Origin: Bacteroidota bacterium
Lineage (GTDB): Bacteria > Bacteroidota > Bacteroidia > UKL13-3
Direction of reading: 5' to 3'
Length of the DNA: 64,000 nucleotides
NCBI GenBank assembly: GCA_027488905.1
Contig: JAIYAT010000010.1
Coordinates: 213,061 to 277,060 of the forward strand
The notes beneath the pieces were generated by a model, which worked only from the letters and a program-made list of their open reading frames with translations, was not told where the DNA came from and did not search any database. Of this stretch, positions 30,496-38,720 are shown piece by piece. How positions within the stretch are numbered: the stretch's first letter is position 1; each line of letters starts with the position of its first letter. The translations under genes were made by a program, and so were the position numbers.

Positions 30496-31107
30496 CTATT
30501 GATTTAATTCTTTAGCAGTATTTTCACTGGCTTTTTCTGCTAGTTCTTCATCTCTACTTACTGCGTTTTGCATTAGTAATATTACTACAAATCCAATACT
30601 AATGGCAGCATCGGCAATGTTAAATACAGGGCGAAAGAATTCAAATTCTTCACCAGCCCAAAACGGCCAACTTTCTGGAATGGTAGTTTGTATAATAGGG
30701 AAATACAACATATCTACCACTCTTCCATGAAACCAGTCGTCATAGCCAAAATAAACGCCATAAAATACGCTATCTATAATATTCCCTAAGGCTCCTGCGA
30801 TGATAAGCGTCCAGCCTAATACATATAAATTCCTAGTTCCTTTATCAATGAGCGTTTTAACATAGTAAGCAATTACCCCAACAAAAATGATTCTAAAGAA
30901 AGTAAGGAAGTATTTGCCAATTTTTCCTCCGAATTCAAATCCAAACGCCATTCCATAGTTCTCGGTAAAATGTAGTTTGAACCAATCGCCGATGATTTTC
31001 TTTTCTTCTCCAAGGTAAAAGTTGGTTTTTATATAAAATTTGAACCATTGGTCTACCAATAGTATGAGAAACAAAATTGATAATGCACTAAGGTATTTCG
31101 ACTTCAT
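30496..31107 (-). CDS. lspA: Lipoprotein signal peptidase
   Basis: EN.GMAFG, GALGNIID, VVDM, FNIADAAI; start reassigned to ATG 31107. Confidence 0.95.
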   Translation of the reverse strand: MKSKYLSALSILFLILLVDQWFKFYIKTNFYLGEEKKIIGDWFKLHFTENYGMAFGFEFGGKIGKYFLTFFRIIFVGVIAYYVKTLIDKGTRNLYVLGWTLIIAGALGNIIDSVFYGVYFGYDDWFHGRVVDMLYFPIIQTTIPESWPFWAGEEFEFFRPVFNIADAAISIGFVVILLMQNAVSRDEELAEKASENTAKELNQ

Positions 31108-31150
31108 ATTGACGTAACTATAATTGTTGCTAATGTTGTTGGCAAGGTAT

Positions 31151-31183
31151 AAAAAAAGGGCAGCCATTACGGCCGCCCTTTTT
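31151..31183 (-). terminator. Intrinsic terminator after the dksA-like gene
   Basis: AAAAAAAGGGCAGCC-ATTAC-GGCCGCCCTTTTT (U-tracts on both strands). Confidence 0.75.
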
Positions 31184-31198
31184 CAAAAGGTCGTTCTT

Positions 31199-32374
31199 TT
31201 ATTTGTATTGCTGCAATTTGGCTTCCATACTTAAAGTTGTATGAGGCACTGCACGCAAACGTTCTTTAGAAATTAACTTGCCTGTTACTTTACAAATGCC
31301 ATAAGTTTTGTTTTCAATTCTTATCAAGGCATTTTCTAAGTTTTCAATAAACTTGCGTTGACGGGCAGCCAATTGGCTTAAATATTCTTTTTCAGAAGTT
31401 GAAGCACCATCGTCAAGTTTGCTATGAGAGTTGTCTGTATCTGTAACTCCATTAACTCCTTGATTTTGCATTTGGCCCATCAAGTTGTTTAATTCATCCT
31501 TAGCTACGGCTAACTTTTTATTGATTAATTCTTTAAACTCATTTAGTTCAGAATCACTGTAGCGTAAAGTGTTCATTGGGGCTTCATCCACCACAGGTGT
31601 TTCAAAAACTGGTGTGGTGCTCACAACTGGTTTCAACTCTTTTTTAGGCGCTGCTGGCTTTTTAGGAGTTAACACAACTGGCTTAGCAATTACTTTGTTT
31701 TTTGGTTCAACCTTTTTAACAATGGCCTTGCTAACTACTTTCTTAACTTCTACCTTGGCTTTAACTACTGGCTTAGCAACAGGTTTTGCTTTAACTATTG
31801 TTTTGCTTACAACTTTTTTAGCAATTGGCTTAGCAACAGGTTTAGAAACAAGCTTCTTTGAGGCAACTTTTACAACTGCTTTGTTATTTGGCTTGCTAAC
31901 TTTTTTAGGTGCTACCTTTTTTGAAATTGTCTTTTTTATTGGTTTGCTTGCTGGCTTAACAGCTTTTTTTGCTATTACTTTCTTAAGAGCAACTTTCTTT
32001 AAAGGAGCTTTGCTGCTTTTCTTAGCCACTACCTTTTTAACAGCGGCTTTCTTTGCAACTACCTTCTTTGCAATTACCTTTTTGGCAATTGTCTTTTTAG
32101 CAGCTACCTTTTTAACAGGTGCCTTTGTTGATTTTTTAACAGGAGCTTTAGCCACTTTTTTTACTACCTTTTTAGGAGCAGTAACTTTTTTCACTGCTTT
32201 TTTAGGAGCAACTTTTTTAGGAGCTACCTTTTTAACAGGAGCTTTTTTAATCGCCTTTTTAGGAGCTGATGCTTTCTTGGCAGCTTTTTTAGGAGCAGCT
32301 TTTACCGCTTTTTTTGCGGCCTTTTTTGCAGGAGCAGCTTTCTTAGCACTGCTTTTGGTAATTTTCTTCGCCAT
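31199..32374 (-). CDS. TraR/DksA-family transcription factor with about 250-aa Lys/Ala/Val/Pro-rich N-terminal tail
   Basis: C-terminal RYSDSEL.EFKELI..KL...LENALIRIENKTYGIC.VTGKLI.KERLRAVPH; between ileS and lspA. Confidence 0.9.
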   Translation of the reverse strand: MAKKITKSSAKKAAPAKKAAKKAVKAAPKKAAKKASAPKKAIKKAPVKKVAPKKVAPKKAVKKVTAPKKVVKKVAKAPVKKSTKAPVKKVAAKKTIAKKVIAKKVVAKKAAVKKVVAKKSSKAPLKKVALKKVIAKKAVKPASKPIKKTISKKVAPKKVSKPNNKAVVKVASKKLVSKPVAKPIAKKVVSKTIVKAKPVAKPVVKAKVEVKKVVSKAIVKKVEPKNKVIAKPVVLTPKKPAAPKKELKPVVSTTPVFETPVVDEAPMNTLRYSDSELNEFKELINKKLAVAKDELNNLMGQMQNQGVNGVTDTDNSHSKLDDGASTSEKEYLSQLAARQRKFIENLENALIRIENKTYGICKVTGKLISKERLRAVPHTTLSMEAKLQQYK

Positions 32375-32379
32375 AGTTG

Positions 32380-35300
32380 TTAAGCTTTTTCTATTGTAAC
32401 CTTAATGCTAATTTCATCTACGAGTATTTCACTTGCATCCGATAAATCAGCCACTAAGGAAATATCCGTTGCCAAAATTTCGCTGCAAATATAGGTTTTG
32501 AATTGATTTATAGCACGTTTTAAATAGTTATTGTCCACCATTTTTACACTTATTTTGTCGATAAGATTTAAATCAAGCTCTTTTCTCAAGCCTTGAAGTT
32601 TACTTACCAATTCTCTTGCAATACCCTCATCTCTTAGGTGTTCGGTGATGTTAATGTCTAATGCAACCGTTATTTTACCCTCATTAGCAACTTTATATCC
32701 AGAGATTTCTTTAGATATTATTTCTACATCATCTCTTAAAATTTCTACGGATTCTCCTTCTAAAGAAATGATTGTGTTTCCATTTTCCTCAATTTTTTCA
32801 ATTTCAGATTGTGGCATTTGCAAAATTAGCTCTGACAATGCCTTCATTTTTGAACCTACTTTTTTACCCAAAGTTTTGAAATTTGGTTTGATAGATTTGT
32901 CTATTGCCTCCATAAACTCCAATTCTTTCACATTCACTTCAGCTAAAATCAATTCCTTTACATGAATTATTTCTTCTTTAATTTTTGGGTCAACCACAGG
33001 AATTAAAATTTTCTGAAGTGGCTGACGTACTTTCAGGTTTTCTTTTTTCCTAATGCTCAAAACCAAAGAACTTATTTTTTGCGCATATTCCATTTGTGTT
33101 TCGAGTGTTTGGTCTACAAATGCTAGGTTCACATTAGGGAACTCCGCTAAATGAACGGATTCAACTGCCTCTTTCCCACTAATTAAATTTAAATCCTTAA
33201 ACAACCTTTCTGCATAAAATGGTGCAATTGGACTCATTAATTTCGCCACTGTGGCCAAACAGGTGTATAGCGTTTGATAGGCAGAAATTTTATCTTCAGT
33301 GTATTCTCCTTTCCAAAATCTTCTGCGGCATAGTCTCACGTACCAATTACTCAAATTCTCACCAACAAATTCTTGTATAGCTCTAGCCCCAGGTGTTGGA
33401 TCGTATTGGTCCATTTGGGTGGCTACTTTTTGAACCAAAGTGTTTAATAAACTCAATATCCAACGGTCTATCTCTGGCCTGCTTTCATGCGGAATTTCTG
33501 CTTCCTTGTAAGTAAACCCATCTAAATTGGCATACAATGCAAAAAAGTTGTAAGTATTATAAAGTGTTCCAAAGAATTTTCGTTGCACTTCTGCCACCCC
33601 TTCAAGGTCGAACTTTAAATTATCCCAAGGATCACTGTTAGTAAGCATGTACCAGCGGTTTGCATCGGCTCCATATTGGTCGATAGCTTTAAATGGGTCG
33701 ATGACATTGCCCAAACGCTTGCTCATCTTATTGCCATTTTTATCCAGCACCAAGCCATTTGCAATTACATTTTTATAACTGATGCTATCAAAAAGTAAAA
33801 CACTCAGGGCATGCAAGGTGAAAAACCAACCACGCGTTTGGTCAACTCCTTCAGCTATAAAATCTGCAGGGAAGTTCTTACGGAAAGTTTCTTCATTTTC
33901 AAAAGGCCAATGCCATTGTGCATAGGGCATTGCACCAGAATCAAACCAAACGTCTATTAAGTCTGCCTCACGTTGCATTTTTTCGCCCTGTGAGGATACC
34001 AAAACAACATGGTCCACAAAGGGTTTATGAAGGTCCTTAATTTCAAAGCCAGATTCCATGAAGCCAGCTTCAATTGCTTTCTCTATTTCTTGGTTCAATT
34101 CTGCAATAGAACCTATGCATTTTTCTTCACTGCCATCGGCTGTGCGCCAAATAGGAAGTGGGGTTCCCCAATAGCGAGATCTACTCAAGTTCCAGTCTAC
34201 CAAGTTTTCTAACCAATTACCAAATCTGCCAGTACCTGTGTGTTCAGGTTTCCAATTGATGGTTTTGTTTAATTCTACTAGCCTGTCTTTAACGGCAGTT
34301 GTTTTAATAAACCAGCTTTCCAAAGGGTAATACAATATTGGCTTGTCTGTGCGCCAGCAATGTGGGTAGGTATGTTCGTATTTCTCAATTTTAAAGGCTT
34401 TGTTTTCTAGTTTTAGTTTTAAACCTATTAAATCGTCTACACTTAGATATTTGTCGAGCTTTGGAATGATGGCGGCTAATCGCTCTTTCTGAATATCAAG
34501 TTCTATTTGTTTTTCTTCTTCATTTAGGTATGCTTCTTTAACAAACCTACCCTCTAAAGGGAAAATATCATCCTTAACTGTTTCTAAGAACTTTCCTCGC
34601 TTGTCTACCAATGTTAAAGAGCCTATGCCATTTTGTTTGGCAACCCTAAAGTCGTCTGCCCCAAAACTTGGTGCAATATGCACAATTCCAGTTCCATCTT
34701 CGGTTGTAACAAAGTCGCCTGCGATAACCTTAAATGCATCTCCATCGGTGGGTTGCTCAAAAGGTAATAATTGTTCATACCTTAGGCCAAGCAACTCTTT
34801 ACCTGTAAATTCCTTTACTACTTCAAAAGGTATTTTTTTATCACCTGCTTTATAGTCGCCAAATGGTAATTGAGCATTTTCTGCCGGGAAATGTTTATTC
34901 AGTAAGTCTTTGGCCAAAATTACTTGCATTTCTTTATGCGTGTAGGCGTTATAGGTTCGAACCAACACATAATTTATTTTTGACCCTACTGCCAATGCTG
35001 TATTGGAAGGTAAAGTCCAAGGGGTGGTTGTCCAAGCCAGCATAAAGCAATCTTGTGCATTACCAATAAATGTTTCTGCTTCTTTAAGTTTAAATTGGGC
35101 AACAATGGTTATGTCCTTTACATCTTTATAAGTGCCAGGTTGGTTCAACTCATGAGAGCTAAGGCCTGTTCCTGCGGCGGGACTGTAAGGTTGAATGGTG
35201 TATCCTTTATACAAATAACCTTTGTCGTAAAGCTTCTTTAGCAAGTTCCAAAGGCTTTCTATGTAATTGTTTTCGTAAGTGATATATGGGTCGCTTAAAT

Positions 35301-35730
35301 CTACCCAGTAGCCCATGCGGTCTGTGAGGTTGTTCCAGATGTCGGTGTATTTCATGACATCTTTGCGGCAGGCCTCATTGTATTCTGCAACCGATATTTT
35401 TTTACCAATGTCTTCTTTGGTAATTCCCATCATTTTTTCAACTTGCAATTCTACAGGCAGGCCATGCGTGTCCCAACCAGCTTTTCTTTTTACCTGAAAA
35501 CCTTTGAGTGTATTATATCGGCAAAAAATATCCTTAACCGCTCTAGCCATTACGTGGTGAATGCCGGGCATGCCATTGGCGCTGGGAGGTCCTTCGTAAA
35601 AAACGTAGCTTGGGCTTCCTTCGCGGGAGCTTACACTTTTTTCGAAGATGTTTTCTGATTTCCAAAAAGTTAAGATTTCTTGCTCAAAAGCAGCGAAATC
35701 CATTTTCTTATATTCCTGATACTTACTCAT
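32380..35730 (-). CDS. ileS: Isoleucine--tRNA ligase (type 2)
   Basis: YEGPPSANG.PGIHH, GWDTHGLP, AWTTTPWTLP, EGVDQTRGWF, KMSKR. Confidence 0.99.
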   Translation of the reverse strand: MSKYQEYKKMDFAAFEQEILTFWKSENIFEKSVSSREGSPSYVFYEGPPSANGMPGIHHVMARAVKDIFCRYNTLKGFQVKRKAGWDTHGLPVELQVEKMMGITKEDIGKKISVAEYNEACRKDVMKYTDIWNNLTDRMGYWVDLSDPYITYENNYIESLWNLLKKLYDKGYLYKGYTIQPYSPAAGTGLSSHELNQPGTYKDVKDITIVAQFKLKEAETFIGNAQDCFMLAWTTTPWTLPSNTALAVGSKINYVLVRTYNAYTHKEMQVILAKDLLNKHFPAENAQLPFGDYKAGDKKIPFEVVKEFTGKELLGLRYEQLLPFEQPTDGDAFKVIAGDFVTTEDGTGIVHIAPSFGADDFRVAKQNGIGSLTLVDKRGKFLETVKDDIFPLEGRFVKEAYLNEEEKQIELDIQKERLAAIIPKLDKYLSVDDLIGLKLKLENKAFKIEKYEHTYPHCWRTDKPILYYPLESWFIKTTAVKDRLVELNKTINWKPEHTGTGRFGNWLENLVDWNLSRSRYWGTPLPIWRTADGSEEKCIGSIAELNQEIEKAIEAGFMESGFEIKDLHKPFVDHVVLVSSQGEKMQREADLIDVWFDSGAMPYAQWHWPFENEETFRKNFPADFIAEGVDQTRGWFFTLHALSVLLFDSISYKNVIANGLVLDKNGNKMSKRLGNVIDPFKAIDQYGADANRWYMLTNSDPWDNLKFDLEGVAEVQRKFFGTLYNTYNFFALYANLDGFTYKEAEIPHESRPEIDRWILSLLNTLVQKVATQMDQYDPTPGARAIQEFVGENLSNWYVRLCRRRFWKGEYTEDKISAYQTLYTCLATVAKLMSPIAPFYAERLFKDLNLISGKEAVESVHLAEFPNVNLAFVDQTLETQMEYAQKISSLVLSIRKKENLKVRQPLQKILIPVVDPKIKEEIIHVKELILAEVNVKELEFMEAIDKSIKPNFKTLGKKVGSKMKALSELILQMPQSEIEKIEENGNTIISLEGESVEILRDDVEIISKEISGYKVANEGKITVALDINITEHLRDEGIARELVSKLQGLRKELDLNLIDKISVKMVDNNYLKRAINQFKTYICSEILATDISLVADLSDASEILVDEISIKVTIEKA

Positions 35731-35795
35731 GTTCTTAATTAAGACGTGCGAAAATAGTCATTTGGAAATAAGCAGAAAAGTATTAGTTTAGCACT

Positions 35796-35945
35796 ATGAT
35801 TTTAATGGGGGCAACAACCGCACGTCATCCAGATTTATTCCTATTTATGATGGGAATGGTTACACTTTTATTTGTTTTGGCCAATTTTAATAATTGGCTC
35901 AAGGCTTTCGATACTTGGTTGTATAAGCGTTTTGGCGGGCTTTGA
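35796..35945 (+). CDS. Possible 49-aa single-TM small protein (not in ORF track)
   Basis: MILMGATTARHPDLFLFMMGMVTLLFVLANFNNWLKAFDTWLYKRFGGL; upstream TTTG(35761)-19 nt-TAGTTTAG promoter-like pair. Confidence 0.35.
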   Translation: MILMGATTARHPDLFLFMMGMVTLLFVLANFNNWLKAFDTWLYKRFGGL

Positions 35946-36026
35946 GGGGCTACAATAGTCGCAAATCTCAAGGTCTTCGGTAAAGCCTTTTCCTTCGCAA
36001 ACCGGGCAAACATATCCGCAAGTCAT
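35868..36026 (-). CDS. 52-aa small zinc-finger-like protein (not in ORF track)
   Basis: MTCGYVCPVCEGKGFTEDLEICDYCSP...; CxxCxGxG plus CxxC; TAACTTGC element 4 nt upstream. Confidence 0.65.
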   Translation of the reverse strand: MTCGYVCPVCEGKGFTEDLEICDYCSPSKPAKTLIQPSIESLEPIIKIGQNK

Positions 36027-36083
36027 AGTGGCAAGTTAGGGGAATTTTAACAGATTATTCATCCTTTGGTTCAACCCGAAAAC

Positions 36084-36311
36084 TTACTTGATAAGCCATT
36101 TATAAAAAATTCTCTGCAATTGAGGTAAAGCTACAAACACCATGAATGGCACTAAGATTAGCGACATCACCAAAACTCGTATAGGTATGGCTAAGTCTGT
36201 CATCAAAGGCATAATTAGGTAATTCAATAGCATTAAAGTTGGATAAATTACCAACCATACTAATATGGCCAATTTCCATTTTTTTGGTGGATTAATCTTC
36301 TGAGATGTCAT
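36084..36311 (-). CDS. Small two-TM membrane protein
   Basis: PPKKWKLAILVWLVIYP...LVP.M.....P.L...F.KWL; resembles the TM module of ABM-domain membrane proteins; start overlaps the MMPL 3' end. Confidence 0.75.
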   Translation of the reverse strand: MTSQKINPPKKWKLAILVWLVIYPTLMLLNYLIMPLMTDLAIPIRVLVMSLILVPFMVFVALPQLQRIFYKWLIK

Positions 36312-38649
36312 CGGGTTCAAATTCTACAAGTGAGGTGCCTAGTTCTTTTTTGGCATTAATTGTTTTTTCCAAAGAAAGTAACATGGCTGGCAAAAGCAGC
36401 AGGTTCATAAACATGCCAAAAATTAATGAGAGGGAAGTTAAAACGCCTAAAGCAACTGTACCACCAAAATCAGAGGCTGCAAAAATAATGAAGCCAGCAA
36501 ATAGCGCTACAGCGGTGTAAATAATGGAGGGGCCAGCTTCTGCGAGACTTTCTGGGATAGCATATTTCATGTCCCAATTGTGTTTTTTGAGCGAATGCCT
36601 GTATTTGGCAAGATAATGAATGGTAAAATCTACCACAATGCCATAAGCAATACTAAAAATAATAATGGTAGAAGGCTTAAGTCTAATTCCAAAAAATCCC
36701 ATGATTCCAAAGGTCATGAGCAATGGAATTAAATTGGGTATCAAAGAAATAAGCACCATTCTCCAACTAAAGAAAAGAAAGGCCATCATAATTGAAATAA
36801 TTACCAATGCCGAAATCATACTTTGTATAAGATTTTCGATTAAGTAATCATTTCCCTTTAAGAAAATTGCACTGGTGCCAGTAATTTTAACATCGTAATC
36901 TGCTTTCGGGAAAATGCTATCAATCTTTTGGTTGGCTTTGGCAGTAAGCTTTTTCATTTCCACAGAACCAATATCTGCCATTTGTAAGCTAACACGGGCC
37001 TGCCTAAAATTGCTATCCACCATAGATTTAAGCAAAGAAACTTGGCCAGAACCTTTAGGGAGGTAATCCACAATTTCTGTGATGTCTACAATGTTGGGAA
37101 CGATGTAATATTTTTCCTCGCCGTTGTGCATACCTTGATTGGCAAACTTTAACAAATCAACTATGGAAGTGGCTTTGGAGAGCTCTGGAAATTGAGCCAA
37201 TTCTTTTTGAAGTTTATTTATTTTTTGCAGGGTTACATAATCTTTGATTCCATCATTCCTTTTAGAATCAATCCTTATCTCAAAAGGCAAGGTTCCTTTA
37301 AGGTGTTTTTCAAAGAACTTTAGGTCTTGATAAACGGGGTCATTGTCTGGCAAATCGTCTACTACATAGCCAAGGTTTTTAACTCGGGTTGAACCAAACA
37401 AGGATACAAGCACCAAAAGTATGGTAATTCCATAAATCCAAGGTCTTTTGTTGTAAACGAGGGTGTTACATTTTTCTAAAACTTTATTTAGTCTAATGCT
37501 TTCTAAATGTTTGGTATGCTTAGGTTTTGGTGGAGGCAAGTAGCTATAGGCAATAGGTATAAATAACAGTGAGATGACATAAACCAATAGAATTACCAAT
37601 CCCGAAACGATAGAAAATTGGTCTAACATGGCGCTACCAGAGAAACTAAAAACCACAAACCCCACTGCTGTGGTGGCATTGGTTAGAAATAAGGCTAAAC
37701 CGTTTTTAGAAATAAGTCGCAAAATGGCCATCATTTTATTCCCATGTGTGGCAAATTCTTGGTGATAGACATTGAGCAAGTAAATGCAGTTTTGAACACC
37801 AATGATAACCATGAGTGGGGGTAAAATTCCAGTTAGGATTGTGATTTTATAGCCAAATAGGGCTAAGAATCCCATAGTTGCAATAACCCCAATAATTACA
37901 ACTATTAAAGAGAATATTACTGCACTTAAAAACCTAAAGAAGATAAAAATAAACAGTGCGGTAATAAAAATCGATAGAAAAGTAAAAATTTTAATTTCAT
38001 CTGCAACCCTAGAGCTCATGATGGTGCGTACATATGGCAATCCAGAAATATGCATTTGGCTGCCATGATTTTCTCCAAATTGCTTTGCTCGAGCTTCAAT
38101 GCTTCTAACAAGTGGAATTCTTGCTTTGCTATCTAATTGAGATTTCTTTAGGGTAATGGCCATTATAGCCAAGCTGTCCTCTGGCACATAAAGCAAACCA
38201 TGGTAAAACTTTAAAGTGCTAACAATTTTTAGGATGGAATCTAGCTCAGTTTGAGTTTTTGGTTTTTGTGATAATACGGGTTTTGCTTCGAGTTGGGCAA
38301 TAGAATCATTTCTGCTCAATGCGTAAATATTGGTTAAAGAAACAACTTTTTCAACTCCTTCTATGCCTTCCAAATCTTTGTTTAGGTCATACCAATCATT
38401 AAAATAATTTAGTTTAAAAACATCAGGATGCTTGGTGCCGATTACTAAAATATTTCCATCCTCGCCAAAGGTTGCTTTAAATTTTACATAATCTATAAAA
38501 TCTGGGTCGTCTTGTGGAACAACCTTTGCAAAATCATAAGTCATTTGGACTTTAGTCGCAAAATAGCCGAAAAACAAGGTGAGAACACCCAAAGCAACCA
38601 GTAGCCAAAACCGGTTTCGTATTGTGAAAGAGCCTAAAGAATGCCACAT
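36292..38649 (-). CDS. MMPL/RND-family transporter
   Basis: Two TM repeats with periplasmic loops, SG.PY, TGT, GI.VD.TIH; start reassigned to ATG 38649 (MWHSL). Confidence 0.92.
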   Translation of the reverse strand: MWHSLGSFTIRNRFWLLVALGVLTLFFGYFATKVQMTYDFAKVVPQDDPDFIDYVKFKATFGEDGNILVIGTKHPDVFKLNYFNDWYDLNKDLEGIEGVEKVVSLTNIYALSRNDSIAQLEAKPVLSQKPKTQTELDSILKIVSTLKFYHGLLYVPEDSLAIMAITLKKSQLDSKARIPLVRSIEARAKQFGENHGSQMHISGLPYVRTIMSSRVADEIKIFTFLSIFITALFIFIFFRFLSAVIFSLIVVIIGVIATMGFLALFGYKITILTGILPPLMVIIGVQNCIYLLNVYHQEFATHGNKMMAILRLISKNGLALFLTNATTAVGFVVFSFSGSAMLDQFSIVSGLVILLVYVISLLFIPIAYSYLPPPKPKHTKHLESIRLNKVLEKCNTLVYNKRPWIYGITILLVLVSLFGSTRVKNLGYVVDDLPDNDPVYQDLKFFEKHLKGTLPFEIRIDSKRNDGIKDYVTLQKINKLQKELAQFPELSKATSIVDLLKFANQGMHNGEEKYYIVPNIVDITEIVDYLPKGSGQVSLLKSMVDSNFRQARVSLQMADIGSVEMKKLTAKANQKIDSIFPKADYDVKITGTSAIFLKGNDYLIENLIQSMISALVIISIMMAFLFFSWRMVLISLIPNLIPLLMTFGIMGFFGIRLKPSTIIIFSIAYGIVVDFTIHYLAKYRHSLKKHNWDMKYAIPESLAEAGPSIIYTAVALFAGFIIFAASDFGGTVALGVLTSLSLIFGMFMNLLLLPAMLLSLEKTINAKKELGTSLVEFEPDDISED

Positions 38650-38655
38650 AAGTGG

Positions 38656-38663
38656 CAAAAGTA
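38656..38663 (-). promoter_or_regulatory. Putative -7 element for the MMPL gene
   Basis: TACTTTTG on the minus strand, 6 nt before ATG 38649. Confidence 0.6.
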
Positions 38664-38720
38664 TGTAAAATTGTACGAATCTTACTTTGATGTCGTTTAT
38701 TTGTGATCCAAAGCAAAGCA

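Noticed and set aside
31569-32399. 276-aa hydrophobic plus-strand ORF
   Set aside because: Antisense shadow of the Lys/Ala/Val repeats of the DksA-like gene.
35802-35828. Mini-ORF MTCGCCPH in frame downstream of the zinc-finger ORF, echoing its MTCG start
   Set aside because: Only 8 codons, separated by three in-frame stops, with no independent support; probably chance.
35825-36013. 62-aa ORF from the track (MFARFAKE...)
   Set aside because: Alternative frame of the better-supported Cys-motif ORF at 35868-36026.
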